Origin: an uncultured Alphaproteobacteria bacterium
GTDB lineage: Bacteria > Pseudomonadota > Alphaproteobacteria > HIMB59 > GCA-002718135
Length of the DNA: 64,000 nt
Assembly (NCBI GenBank): GCA_902621855.1
Contig: CACNNQ010000003.1
Coordinates: forward strand, 23,676 to 87,675
Direction of reading: 5' to 3'
Below the pieces are notes generated by a model. It saw only the letters and a list, made by a program, of their open reading frames with translations, was not told where the DNA came from and searched no databases. Positions 23,013 to 32,301 of this stretch are shown here, piece after piece. Position numbers and translations under genes: made by a program. How positions within the stretch are numbered: position 1 is the stretch's first letter; each line of letters opens with the position of its first letter.

Positions 23013-24293
23013 TTACCACTTCCTTTCAAATCTATTTCTTAAGAACACTGCAATGGCATTCATCATAAACAAAAATATTAAAATTACCATTATTGCTGCG
23101 GCTGATTTTTCTTGAAAACCTCTTTCTGCACTTTCCACCCAAAGATATATTTGAACAGGTAGTGCTGCTGAAGGTTCTGTTAAACCAGTTGGAATATTAG
23201 GAATAAATGCAATCATGCCAATCATTATTAGTGGTGCTGTTTCTCCTAATGCTTGTGCTAATCCAATAATAGTCCCTGTTAAAGTCCCTGGTAGTGCAAG
23301 GGGTACGACATGATGAAATACCGCTTGTGTTTTTGTTGCTCCAACTGCAAGTGCTCCTTCTTTAATTGAAGGAGGGACAGCTTTCAATGAAGCTCGACAG
23401 GCAATGATAATGGTTGGTAACGTCATTAAGGCTAATACGGACCCTCCAACTAACGGTGTACTCCTTGGAAGACCAAAAACATTAAGCAATACCCCCAACC
23501 CAAGTAGTCCAAAAACTATTGATGGGACTGCTGCTAGATTTGAAATATTTACTTCTATTAATTCAGTTATTCTATTTTTTGGAGCAAATTCCTCAAGATA
23601 AACAGACGCTCCTATAGCAATTGGAAAAGATAAAATAAAAACAGTAAAAAGAGTAAATAATGATCCCATAAATGAACCAGCTACACCAGCAATTTCAGGA
23701 TGCCTTGAATCTGCTTTAGTAAAAAAGAAATTATTAAAAACTTGTTTAACTCTATTTTCTTCAACTAATTGATCAACATAACTTAATTGAATATCATTTA
23801 ATTTTCTTCTATCTTCTGGCACATCCCTTCTTGAATTACCTTTTAATAGTTGATCCACATCACTATGGGCGGTTACCCAAATTTGTTGCTTAGTATTAAT
23901 AACTTCAGGATTATCTAAGAAGTAGTCTTTAATTTCCTTATCTACATTTATAGAAAATAATTTTTTTACTAATTTAATATCTGATTTTGAGAGATCAGGG
24001 AAAAAATTTTCAATAGCCTGTTTTTTAACTCTAAAAAATTTTCCTTTTTCCTTATCTTCATCTGAAGAGTCAGGTGTTAGTTTTAAAACCTCTTGATTAT
24101 AATCAACTTCTAGGAGAACAATTGTTTTTTGAAAAGCAGTGTATCCTTTAGAAAATATTGTATACAAAAGAAAAACTAAAACTGCTAAAGATAAACACAT
24201 AGCTGTAAAGCCGTAATACTTAAATCGCATATCTTCTAAGCTTCTCTTTTTTCTCAAAGAAACAATTTTTTCTTTAGCAATAGAATTATTCAT
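23013..24293 (-). CDS. pstA: Phosphate ABC transporter permease PstA
   Basis: NLAAVPSIVFGLLG, GETAPL, ALPVQIYLW. Confidence 0.96.
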   Translation of the reverse strand: MNNSIAKEKIVSLRKKRSLEDMRFKYYGFTAMCLSLAVLVFLLYTIFSKGYTAFQKTIVLLEVDYNQEVLKLTPDSSDEDKEKGKFFRVKKQAIENFFPDLSKSDIKLVKKLFSINVDKEIKDYFLDNPEVINTKQQIWVTAHSDVDQLLKGNSRRDVPEDRRKLNDIQLSYVDQLVEENRVKQVFNNFFFTKADSRHPEIAGVAGSFMGSLFTLFTVFILSFPIAIGASVYLEEFAPKNRITELIEVNISNLAAVPSIVFGLLGLGVLLNVFGLPRSTPLVGGSVLALMTLPTIIIACRASLKAVPPSIKEGALAVGATKTQAVFHHVVPLALPGTLTGTIIGLAQALGETAPLIMIGMIAFIPNIPTGLTEPSAALPVQIYLWVESAERGFQEKSAAAIMVILIFLFMMNAIAVFLRNRFERKW

Positions 24294-25659
24294 AACGCTC
24301 CCTGTATCTCTTTACTATTTGTAGAGCTATAATGTTAAGAAATAATGTAATAACAAATAAAACTAATCCTAAAGCAAATGCTGATAATGTTCTTGGGTTA
24401 TCAAATTCTTGATCACCTATTAAGGCCACAACAATTTGAACTGTAACTGTTGTTACGTTTTCAAAAGGATTGCCCGTAAGATTGGGGGCTGTGCCTGCTG
24501 CAACTACAACAATCATAGTCTCCCCTATCGCTCTGGATATTGCTAATAAAAATGCTCCTACAATTCCAGGTAAAGCTGCTGGTAAAATTACTTTTTTAAT
24601 AGTTTCTGCTTTATTAGCGCCAATACCAAGAGATGCTTCCCTTAGACTTTGTGGGACAGAGTTTATTACATCATCAGATAAAGAAGAAATAAAAGGAATA
24701 ATCATAACCCCCATTACCATGCCGGCTGCAAGAGCGCTTGTTGGTGAAGCATCAATTCCAATTGATTGTCCAAATGCTTTAACGAAAGGTGCAACACTAA
24801 CAAAAGCAAAGAACCCGTAAACTATTGTTGGTATCCCTGCCAAAATTTCGAGAAGAGGTTTAACTATTTTTCTAACTCTTTGACTTGCGTATTCTGCTAA
24901 ATAAATTGCTGTTAATAATCCAAGAGGTGCCGCAACACACATGGCTACTACCATTACTAAAAATGTTCCAGCAAATATTGGTACTGCACCAAAGGATCCC
25001 TCTGCAGCTGTTTGACCTTCTCTAATTGGAATAAAAGGATACCACTCAGTACTAAATAAAAATTCGAATATTGATACTTCTGCAAAAAAGCGAAGGCTTT
25101 CAAATATTAGTGAAAAAACTATTCCTATTGTAGTGAAAATAGCAACAGATGAACAAAATATAAGTATATATTGAATATATTTTTCAATTGTATGTTGAGC
25201 ATGAAATTCTGGTTTTAATTTTTGTGAAGCGTATAAGGCTCCAAGTAACATTATAATGATTATTGAGGTATAAAAAGATATTTGACTTATTTGTCTTAAG
25301 GAAGAATAATGAGCTGCAGCATTAATTATTTCTATAGATTTACCATCAGCAAAAGAAGGGTTATTAGCAACATTTCTAATCTCTGCTAACAATAATCCTT
25401 CGTTGTAAACTGCGCCCTCAATATATTCAAAGTTACTAATAACTATGTTTTGAATAATCTGTTCTTGAAAAATAGCCCATGAAAAATAAACAATTAGTGC
25501 AGGAAACAAACACCATATTAAAACGTATTGTGCGTAATAAGTGGGAAGAGATTTGCTTTTCGTACCTTGTTTTTTAGAGTTTAAATTAATTCTTGATCTT
25601 CCGTATATAAAGGATGAGAAAATTCCGACTGCAATTAAAACTAAAGACCAAAAAAACAT
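24286..25659 (-). CDS. pstC: Phosphate ABC transporter permease PstC
   Basis: KPLLEILAGIPTIVYG, SRAIGETM. Confidence 0.96.
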   Translation of the reverse strand: MFFWSLVLIAVGIFSSFIYGRSRINLNSKKQGTKSKSLPTYYAQYVLIWCLFPALIVYFSWAIFQEQIIQNIVISNFEYIEGAVYNEGLLLAEIRNVANNPSFADGKSIEIINAAAHYSSLRQISQISFYTSIIIIMLLGALYASQKLKPEFHAQHTIEKYIQYILIFCSSVAIFTTIGIVFSLIFESLRFFAEVSIFEFLFSTEWYPFIPIREGQTAAEGSFGAVPIFAGTFLVMVVAMCVAAPLGLLTAIYLAEYASQRVRKIVKPLLEILAGIPTIVYGFFAFVSVAPFVKAFGQSIGIDASPTSALAAGMVMGVMIIPFISSLSDDVINSVPQSLREASLGIGANKAETIKKVILPAALPGIVGAFLLAISRAIGETMIVVVAAGTAPNLTGNPFENVTTVTVQIVVALIGDQEFDNPRTLSAFALGLVLFVITLFLNIIALQIVKRYRERYE

Positions 25660-25674
25660 TTATAACTTAGTATT

Positions 25675-25700
25675 AAAAAAAAGGGGGCTTGTATGCCCCC
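25675..25700 (-). terminator. Hairpin plus U-tract between pstS and pstC
   Basis: Minus strand GGGGGC-ATACAA-GCCCCC-T8. Confidence 0.7.
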
Positions 25701-25722
25701 ATTTTATAAAAATTAAAGATTT

Positions 25723-26718
25723 TTATTTATAATTTGTTTGATTAGAAATAGCATCAAGAACTGCTGCTCTATCCGCAGGACTTAGTTGAACAAGTCCGGC
25801 ATCTAGTAAGTAACCTTCTGTTGCTTCTTCACTTACAAACTCATTAACATAATCCATTAAACCAGGAATAACGCCAATGTGTGCTTTTTTAATGTAGAAG
25901 AATAAAGGTCTTGCTATTGGATATGAATAATCTTGGATACCTTCCATTGAGATTTCAACACCATTAATCATTGATGCTTTTACTTTATCAGAGTTATTAG
26001 ATACAAAACTGTAACCAAAAATACCAAATGCGCCTTGTTCTTTGGTTATATGCTCAACATACAGTTCATCATTTTCACCACCTTCGATAACGTGGCCATC
26101 TTCACGATATGCTTGACAATCACCATCAGCAACTAACATATCTTTAACACAACCCTTTTTCATTACAAGTGAGTCAAATGCATCTCTTGTTCCAGAAGTT
26201 GGAGGAGGTGCCATAATAGAAATTTCAACTTTTGGTAATCTTTTATCTATTTCATACCAAGTTGTTGGAGCGTTTGCATTATCTCTAGCCATTGCCTGCC
26301 AGATTTCTTCTTTACTTAAATCAATGCCACCTTTCATTGTAGCACCGTTAGTATATTTCCATTCATAATCTGCAGCGTATGCAAAAGCTATACCATCATT
26401 ACCAACTCTAACTTCGATGATATCGGTTACACCACCATCTTGACAAAGTTTGAATTCTTTATCTTTTTGTGCTCTTGAAGAGTTAGTGATATCTGGATGT
26501 TCAACTCCAACACCTGCACAAAATAATTTGTGTCCTCCACCAGAACCAGTTGATTCAATTACGGGTGCTTTCATTCCTTGAGATGCCATTTTTTCAGCAA
26601 CTAAAGTAGCGAAAGGATAAACTGTAGAAGATCCTACAATTGAAATATAGTCTCTTGCTGAAACTGAAGTAGTTCCAAATAAAGCAAGGACAGCAATTAA
26701 TTTGATTACATTTTTCAT
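25723..26718 (-). CDS. pstS: Phosphate-binding protein PstS (start likely 26718, after a GAGG RBS)
   Basis: Signal peptide, GSSTVYPF, STGSGGG..LFC, PPPTSGTRDAF, YPIARPLFFY. Confidence 0.95.
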   Translation of the reverse strand: MKNVIKLIAVLALFGTTSVSARDYISIVGSSTVYPFATLVAEKMASQGMKAPVIESTGSGGGHKLFCAGVGVEHPDITNSSRAQKDKEFKLCQDGGVTDIIEVRVGNDGIAFAYAADYEWKYTNGATMKGGIDLSKEEIWQAMARDNANAPTTWYEIDKRLPKVEISIMAPPPTSGTRDAFDSLVMKKGCVKDMLVADGDCQAYREDGHVIEGGENDELYVEHITKEQGAFGIFGYSFVSNNSDKVKASMINGVEISMEGIQDYSYPIARPLFFYIKKAHIGVIPGLMDYVNEFVSEEATEGYLLDAGLVQLSPADRAAVLDAISNQTNYK

Positions 26719-26759
26719 ATTAAGCCTCATTTAAAATAAGTTTGTCCTACAGAATATAT

Positions 26760-26788
26760 ATTAAGGATTTATTACAGTTTGCTGAAAT
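26760..26788 (-). promoter_or_regulatory. Pho-box array for pstS, embedded in the phoR 3' end
   Basis: ATTTCAG-caaa-CTGTAAT-aaat-CCTTAAT. Confidence 0.65.
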
Positions 26789-27813
26789 ACTGGTAAAAAA
26801 ATAGTAAATGTTGAACCCTTATCCACCTTGCTTTTTATCGATAATTTACCATTATGCCTATTAGTTATATGTTTAACAATAGATAAACCCAAACCCGTAC
26901 CGCCTTGATTTCGAGATCTATTTTTATCTACTCTATAAAATCTTTCAGTAAGTCTAGTTAAATGCTCTTTCGATATGCCTTCTCCCTTATCTATAAAACT
27001 TATTTGGCAAAAGGTGGTATTATCATCAATTACACTCTCAAGCTCAATTTCAATAGTAGAATTTTCTTTGCTATATTTGATTGCATTATCAGTTAGATTT
27101 AAAAAAACTTGGATCAAAGCATCTTTGTTTGCTGATATTGTAGACTTATCAAAATCATCCTTGATTTGAACTTCAATTTTTTTTGCCATTAACTTGTTTT
27201 GTAAATTATCTACTACGCCATCAATTAATTGCCTTATATTCGCTTCTTGAAATTCTATCGGCTTATCTTCAGTCTCATATTTACTTAGTAATAATAAATC
27301 TTCGACTAATCTAGTCATACGCCAAGCCTGATCTTCCATTGTGTCTAAAAATTTACCAACCGTTTTGTCTTTGTTCTTATCTTCATTGAGTGAATTTTTA
27401 ATTGTTTCAACATAGCCTAGAATTGAGGAAAGAGGAGTTCTCAATTCATGACTTACATTAGCCACAAAATCTGTTCGCATTTGTTCGTAGTTTTTAAGAA
27501 GACTTTGATCGTTTAGTGATATTAATAATTCTTCATAATCTTTTTCAACAAATATTAAGTCAGCAATAAAATACATATCACTAAAATTAGATGGGGTGAA
27601 TTCAAACCTAAAATCTTCTTTCTCCCTAAAGGCTTTATCAATAAAAGTATTTAACTCTGTTGATCTAATAATATTATTGAGATCTCTTCCTTCATCTATA
27701 AATAAAAATTTTTGTTTAGCTGCATTATTGTAAAAAATTATTTCCTTATTTGTATCAATTGCAATAATAATCGAAGGTATCTTACTTAGACTTAGTCTTA
27801 GTTTTTTTTTCAT
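26761..27813 (-). CDS. phoR: PhoR-type sensor histidine kinase with no apparent TM segment
   Basis: PAS-like region, DFVANVSHELRTPL, NLTDNAIKYS, ERFYRVDK, GGTGLGL. Confidence 0.92.
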   Translation of the reverse strand: MKKKLRLSLSKIPSIIIAIDTNKEIIFYNNAAKQKFLFIDEGRDLNNIIRSTELNTFIDKAFREKEDFRFEFTPSNFSDMYFIADLIFVEKDYEELLISLNDQSLLKNYEQMRTDFVANVSHELRTPLSSILGYVETIKNSLNEDKNKDKTVGKFLDTMEDQAWRMTRLVEDLLLLSKYETEDKPIEFQEANIRQLIDGVVDNLQNKLMAKKIEVQIKDDFDKSTISANKDALIQVFLNLTDNAIKYSKENSTIEIELESVIDDNTTFCQISFIDKGEGISKEHLTRLTERFYRVDKNRSRNQGGTGLGLSIVKHITNRHNGKLSIKSKVDKGSTFTIFLPVFQQTVINP

Positions 27814-28282
27814 ATTTTTTTAATTTTGGCCAATCATTGTCACTTAAAATATAACCTACACAATTTCTAGAACCACACTTACAAATGTGATCCACAAAAT
27901 CTGTATCAAAAGGATAACCATAGTTATAGAAAAGTTCGTCTCCTTTTTTTATTCGTTTAATTGAAGAAATCCAAATCTCATTATCTATGATATCTACTTC
28001 ACAATTCGGATTACATGAGTGATTAATAAATTTTGCAAAGTTATAATCAACATCACCGTCTATGTCGTATCGCTTGTTTAGTTCAAAAACATAGACCATG
28101 CCGTTATTTTTATCTTTTTTTGCTTTGCGGATTTGTTTATCTGCTCTTTTGTCACCCTCTCTTTTAGTAACTTTATCACCAATATATTGGATTACTTTCT
28201 GGCCTTTTTTAATATTAGTTTTTGCAAATAATCCAGAACCGTGAAGGGGTGATTTTTTTTTAAACCAAATTTTCTGCGTCAT
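27782..28282 (-). CDS. SET-domain protein-lysine methyltransferase with post-SET Cys motif (likely start MTQKIW at 28282)
   Basis: HGSGLFA, KFINHSCNPN, ELFYNYG, CKCGSRNCVG. Confidence 0.9.
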   Translation of the reverse strand: MTQKIWFKKKSPLHGSGLFAKTNIKKGQKVIQYIGDKVTKREGDKRADKQIRKAKKDKNNGMVYVFELNKRYDIDGDVDYNFAKFINHSCNPNCEVDIIDNEIWISSIKRIKKGDELFYNYGYPFDTDFVDHICKCGSRNCVGYILSDNDWPKLKKYEKKTKTKSK

Positions 28283-28367
28283 ACTGTTATTTTTATACAA
28301 TACACACATATAATAATAAATTGTATTATAAAATGATACTTTTATGTATAAGACCAAAATTTAACTA

Positions 28368-29180
28368 ATGAAATTTGAAACAAATAAAAAATTTTACCGC
28401 ACAATTTGGATTTCGGATACCCATCTAGGAACCAGTGGTTGTAAAAGCAACATGCTTTTAGAATTCTTAGAAGAAACAGATTCGGAATATTTATTTTTAG
28501 TAGGCGACATTGTTGATGGATGGCGCATGCGTAAGAAAATGTATTGGCCACAAGAACATAATGACGTTGTTCAAAAAGTTTTAAAGAAAGCGAAAAATGG
28601 AACTAGGGTAGTGCTTATCCCAGGAAATCATGATGAAGTATTAAAAGATTTTACAAATTTTTCCTTTGGAGAAATTTCAATAAAAAATGAAGATACGCAT
28701 CAATTAGCTGATGGAAGGAAAGTACTGATTACACACGGAGATGAATTTGATGCTGTGATAATTAATGCGAGGTGGTTAGCCAAAGTGGGATCAGCACTTT
28801 ATGAATATTTACTAAAGTTAAATAATGTATTCAATTTTATTCGACGAAAGATGGGCTTGTCTTATTGGTCACTGTCTCAATATTTAAAAAAGAAAACTAA
28901 GCATGCAACAAACTTTATTAGTAACTTTGAGTTTGCTGTATCTGACAGAGCTAGAAGAGAAAATGCCGATGTTGTTGTGTGCGGGCATATACATAGACCA
29001 GAAATAAAGGAATTAAATGGTGTTCTCTATTGTAATGATGGTGACTGGATTGAAAGTTGCACAGCACTCGTTGAAGATGAAATTGGCAATTTATCAATTC
29101 TTAATTGGCCCGAAGAAAGAGAAAAATTAAAATTAATTTCTTTAGAAGAAAGACGAAAAATAAAAGAGGATGCAGCCTAA
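28368..29180 (+). CDS. plcP: PlcP-type phospholipase C (LpxH2-like metallophosphoesterase), copy 1
   Basis: SDTHLG, GDIVDGW, GNHDE, HGDEFD, CGHIH, NDGDWIES; followed by a GT4 gene in a Pho island. Confidence 0.85.
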   Translation: MKFETNKKFYRTIWISDTHLGTSGCKSNMLLEFLEETDSEYLFLVGDIVDGWRMRKKMYWPQEHNDVVQKVLKKAKNGTRVVLIPGNHDEVLKDFTNFSFGEISIKNEDTHQLADGRKVLITHGDEFDAVIINARWLAKVGSALYEYLLKLNNVFNFIRRKMGLSYWSLSQYLKKKTKHATNFISNFEFAVSDRARRENADVVVCGHIHRPEIKELNGVLYCNDGDWIESCTALVEDEIGNLSILNWPEEREKLKLISLEERRKIKEDAA

Positions 29181-30171
29181 AAAAATCGGGTTAATTAGTG
29201 ATGCGTGGGTTCCTCAGGTAAATGGCGTAGTTACGACATTTCAAAGCGTTATACCTATTCTAGAAAAAAAAGGTTTTGAAATTAAAATATTACATCCTGA
29301 GATGTTTAATAATTTTAGTTATCCTAGGTACAAAGAAATAAAAATTTCTTACAATACTAAAAAAGTTACTGAAAAATTTTTTAAAGAATTTAATCCAGAT
29401 ATTGTTCATATAATGACTGAAGGTCCAGTAGGTTTTGCTGGTCGTAAGTACTGTCTTAAAAATAAACTACAATACACTTCTTCCTTTCACACCCGTTTTC
29501 CTGACTACATGAAGCAAAGAGCTTTTATCCCAAAGAGATTTACATACTCCATATTAAGAAGACTACATAGTGATTCAGAAAGAGTTCTTGTTCCATCAGT
29601 TTCAATGCTAAATGAGTTAAAAAAATATGATTTTAAAAATTTAGTAGTTTGGAATAGAGGTGTTGATACAGAATTATTTAATCCAAATAAAAGAGACACA
29701 AACAGTAAAGATAGACAACTGACTTATGTTGGTAGAGTAGCAATTGAAAAAAATATTGAAGAATTTTTAAAACTTAAAGGAAATTATAATAAAACTGTTG
29801 TGGGTGATGGTCCCGAATTACAAAAATATATTAATAAATATCCTGAAGTAAATTTTGTCGGTGTAAAAACTGGAGATGAACTAGCGAAATATTATGCAAA
29901 CGCAGATGTATTTGTCTTTCCTTCTAAAACAGACACTTTAGGAAATGTAATACTTGAAGCATTGGCTAGTGGAACACCAATTGCTGCATATCCAGTAACC
30001 GGGCCCATAGATGTGTTAACAGATGAAAAGATTAACACTTTAGATAATAACTTGTTACAATCAGTTAAGAAGGCACTTAAAGTAAAAAGAGTTGATTGTA
30101 GAAATTTTACTCTTAAATTAACTTGGGACAAATGTGTGAATGAATTTTTAGAATTCATGGTAAACGTTTAG
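29170..30171 (+). CDS. agt: GT4 glycosyltransferase, Agt-like glycolipid synthase, copy 1
   Basis: DAWVPQVNGVV, TEGPVG, FHTRFP, YVGRVAIEKN, FPSKTDT, EALASGTP. Confidence 0.8.
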   Translation: MQPKKIGLISDAWVPQVNGVVTTFQSVIPILEKKGFEIKILHPEMFNNFSYPRYKEIKISYNTKKVTEKFFKEFNPDIVHIMTEGPVGFAGRKYCLKNKLQYTSSFHTRFPDYMKQRAFIPKRFTYSILRRLHSDSERVLVPSVSMLNELKKYDFKNLVVWNRGVDTELFNPNKRDTNSKDRQLTYVGRVAIEKNIEEFLKLKGNYNKTVVGDGPELQKYINKYPEVNFVGVKTGDELAKYYANADVFVFPSKTDTLGNVILEALASGTPIAAYPVTGPIDVLTDEKINTLDNNLLQSVKKALKVKRVDCRNFTLKLTWDKCVNEFLEFMVNV

Positions 30172-30185
30172 TTATTTAGGGTAAT

Positions 30186-30848
30186 TTGATAGTGACATTT
30201 TCTTTAAGACAAAAAATACTAGCAGAATTTATCGGGACATATTTTCTTGTACTAACAGTTGTAGGTAGTGGAATTATGGGAGAGTTAATGTCAAATGACC
30301 TTGGTATAATATTACTAGGAAACACTATCGCAACAGGTGCCATTTTATATGTAATTATTTCTATGTTTATTAATATCTCAGGAGCGTACTTTAATCCTGC
30401 TGTTGTATTAAGTGATATTATCCAAAAAAATATTCCTATTAATTACGGAATAATTTTTATTATTACTCAGATTATTGCTGCTATATTTGGTTGTTTAACT
30501 GCAAATTGGTATTTTGAATATCCTATAATTGAATGGTCACTCAATGAAAGAGTTGGGGTATTTAAATTCTTTTCAGAAATAATTGCAACTGTTGGATTAT
30601 TATTAACTATTTTTATATTAAAAGAGGTAAACAAGGAAAGAATAGCTATTGGTGTAGCTCTATTTATTACCGCAGGATATTGGTTTACTTCATCAACAAG
30701 TTTTGCAAATCCAGCAGTAACTATAGGAAGAATGTTTACAGATAGCTTTAGTGGGATAAGTCCATCAAGTGTTCTAGGTTTTATTTTAGCTCAGATTATT
30801 GGTGCTCTTATTGCTACAGTTATTGTTAGATTGTTTTTTAAAAATTAG
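30186..30848 (+). CDS. MIP/aquaglyceroporin, AqpS-like (arsenite-channel type)
   Basis: AEFIGT, ISGAYFNPAV, YWFTSSTSFANPAVTIGR. Confidence 0.88.
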   Translation: MIVTFSLRQKILAEFIGTYFLVLTVVGSGIMGELMSNDLGIILLGNTIATGAILYVIISMFINISGAYFNPAVVLSDIIQKNIPINYGIIFIITQIIAAIFGCLTANWYFEYPIIEWSLNERVGVFKFFSEIIATVGLLLTIFILKEVNKERIAIGVALFITAGYWFTSSTSFANPAVTIGRMFTDSFSGISPSSVLGFILAQIIGALIATVIVRLFFKN

Positions 30849-31750
30849 TTCAACATATTGTACAAGTAGCCTTCACGGATTCCATATCTTACAAAAATAA
30901 TATTTTTAATGTTATAAAATGAAGCAAGGCTAAATAAAATATATGTAGATAATTTTAATTTATCTAATCGATTGGGTTGGACAACATTCAATTTTTGAAT
31001 TTGTTTTTTTTCCATAGAGTATAATTTGTGATAAAATATTTCTAACTCTGAAAATGGTATCATGTACCCATGTAATTTATTTTTCTTGATTCCATTTAGG
31101 TGCAAATGAAGTTTTGCAAGATTGCGCCACATGCCTCCAATAACAAAAATATTTCCTACGTTTTTAGAAAATTTAAGAGATTGGTTTTTAAATTTAGAAA
31201 ATAAAAAATTATCAAATTTAATTTTAGTAGTTTTGTACATATCAGATTCACTTCTTAAGATGCCAATTTTTAAACTTTTAGTTTCAAGTATGTTTTCATT
31301 TTTTATAGTACTAAGTTCTAAACTTCCACCTCCCAAGTCAGCAACTAAACCGATTGGATTTTTTATTGAACTAATTACACCTAGGGATCCGCATTTAGCC
31401 TCATTTTTTGGTGAGAGCACTTCTACTCTAACTGACTTTTTTTTCTTGAAGGGTTCAATAATTTCTTTTCCATTTATTGTTTCACGAATTGCGGCCGTTG
31501 CAATTATATGAATATCTGAGGACTCATAATCTTTTGCAATCTTAATATATTCTTCTAAGCATTTTATAGCTTCTTTTATTTTTATCGATGGGAGTTTACC
31601 TATTTTAATACTTTCACCTAATTTTAAGAATTCTCTTTTTTGATAAAGTATTGGAAAAGGATAAATAGCTTGCGCGTATATAACTAGTCTAAATGTATTA
31701 GAGCCTAGATCAATAACTGTTATGGGATTTTTATTTTTCTTTTTAGCCAT
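30845..31750 (-). CDS. ppx: Ppx/GppA exopolyphosphatase, short form
   Basis: IDLGSNTFRL, ATAAIRE, DLGGGSLE, GIREG. Confidence 0.9.
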   Translation of the reverse strand: MAKKKNKNPITVIDLGSNTFRLVIYAQAIYPFPILYQKREFLKLGESIKIGKLPSIKIKEAIKCLEEYIKIAKDYESSDIHIIATAAIRETINGKEIIEPFKKKKSVRVEVLSPKNEAKCGSLGVISSIKNPIGLVADLGGGSLELSTIKNENILETKSLKIGILRSESDMYKTTKIKFDNFLFSKFKNQSLKFSKNVGNIFVIGGMWRNLAKLHLHLNGIKKNKLHGYMIPFSELEIFYHKLYSMEKKQIQKLNVVQPNRLDKLKLSTYILFSLASFYNIKNIIFVRYGIREGYLYNMLN

Positions 31751-31782
31751 GGAAATGTATACATCTAAAGTATTAAACTCGA

Positions 31783-32241
31783 ATGCTACAAGTCTATTTA
31801 TTACGTCACGCCAAATCTAGTTGGGATAATTTAGAACTTGATGACATTGATAGGCCGCTGAATAAAAGAGGTATGAGAAACGCAAAACAATTTTCTAAAA
31901 TATTAGATAAAAGAAAATTTCAAATTAATCAGATAATATGTTCTCCTTCTAAAAGAACAACTAGCACATATGATATAATTTCTAATTCATTTGATCGCTC
32001 AGTAAAATTTACAATTGATAACGATATTTATGAATGCCCACCAAATATACTTGTAAGAAAAATTAAAAAATTAAAAAAAAATACTCTTATCATTGGACAC
32101 AACCCTAGTTTGATAGAATCAATTAATATTTTATGTAATTCAAATATTGAACATTTTCCAACCTGTGCTTTTGCTATAATATCCTTTAAAAATAGCTGGA
32201 CTATTGATAAAATTTTAAAACCAAAAAATAAAAATTATTAA
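31783..32241 (+). CDS. sixA: SixA-like phosphohistidine phosphatase
   Basis: LRHAKSSW, DRPLNKRG, IGHNP. Confidence 0.85.
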   Translation: MLQVYLLRHAKSSWDNLELDDIDRPLNKRGMRNAKQFSKILDKRKFQINQIICSPSKRTTSTYDIISNSFDRSVKFTIDNDIYECPPNILVRKIKKLKKNTLIIGHNPSLIESINILCNSNIEHFPTCAFAIISFKNSWTIDKILKPKNKNY

Positions 32242-32246
32242 AGAAA

Positions 32247-32280
32247 TATGAATTTTTTATGAACATGTTTTTTTTATACC
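32247..32280 (+). promoter_or_regulatory. Possible Pho box and -10 element upstream of ppk1
   Basis: TATGAAT-tttt-TATGAAC, 10 nt, then TATACC. Confidence 0.45.
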
Positions 32281-32301
32281 TAAAAAATATAAAAAAAAAT
32301 T

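Noticed and set aside
28283-28357. N-terminal extension of the SET ORF, and a Pho box in the SET/plcP1 spacer
   Set aside because: The extension is low-complexity intergenic sequence. The best repeat (TATACAT-aaaa-GTATCAT, minus strand) is too weak to call.
28368-29180. plcP copies as lipid A LpxH
   Set aside because: Same superfamily, but pairing with Agt-like GT4 genes in a Pho island fits PlcP.
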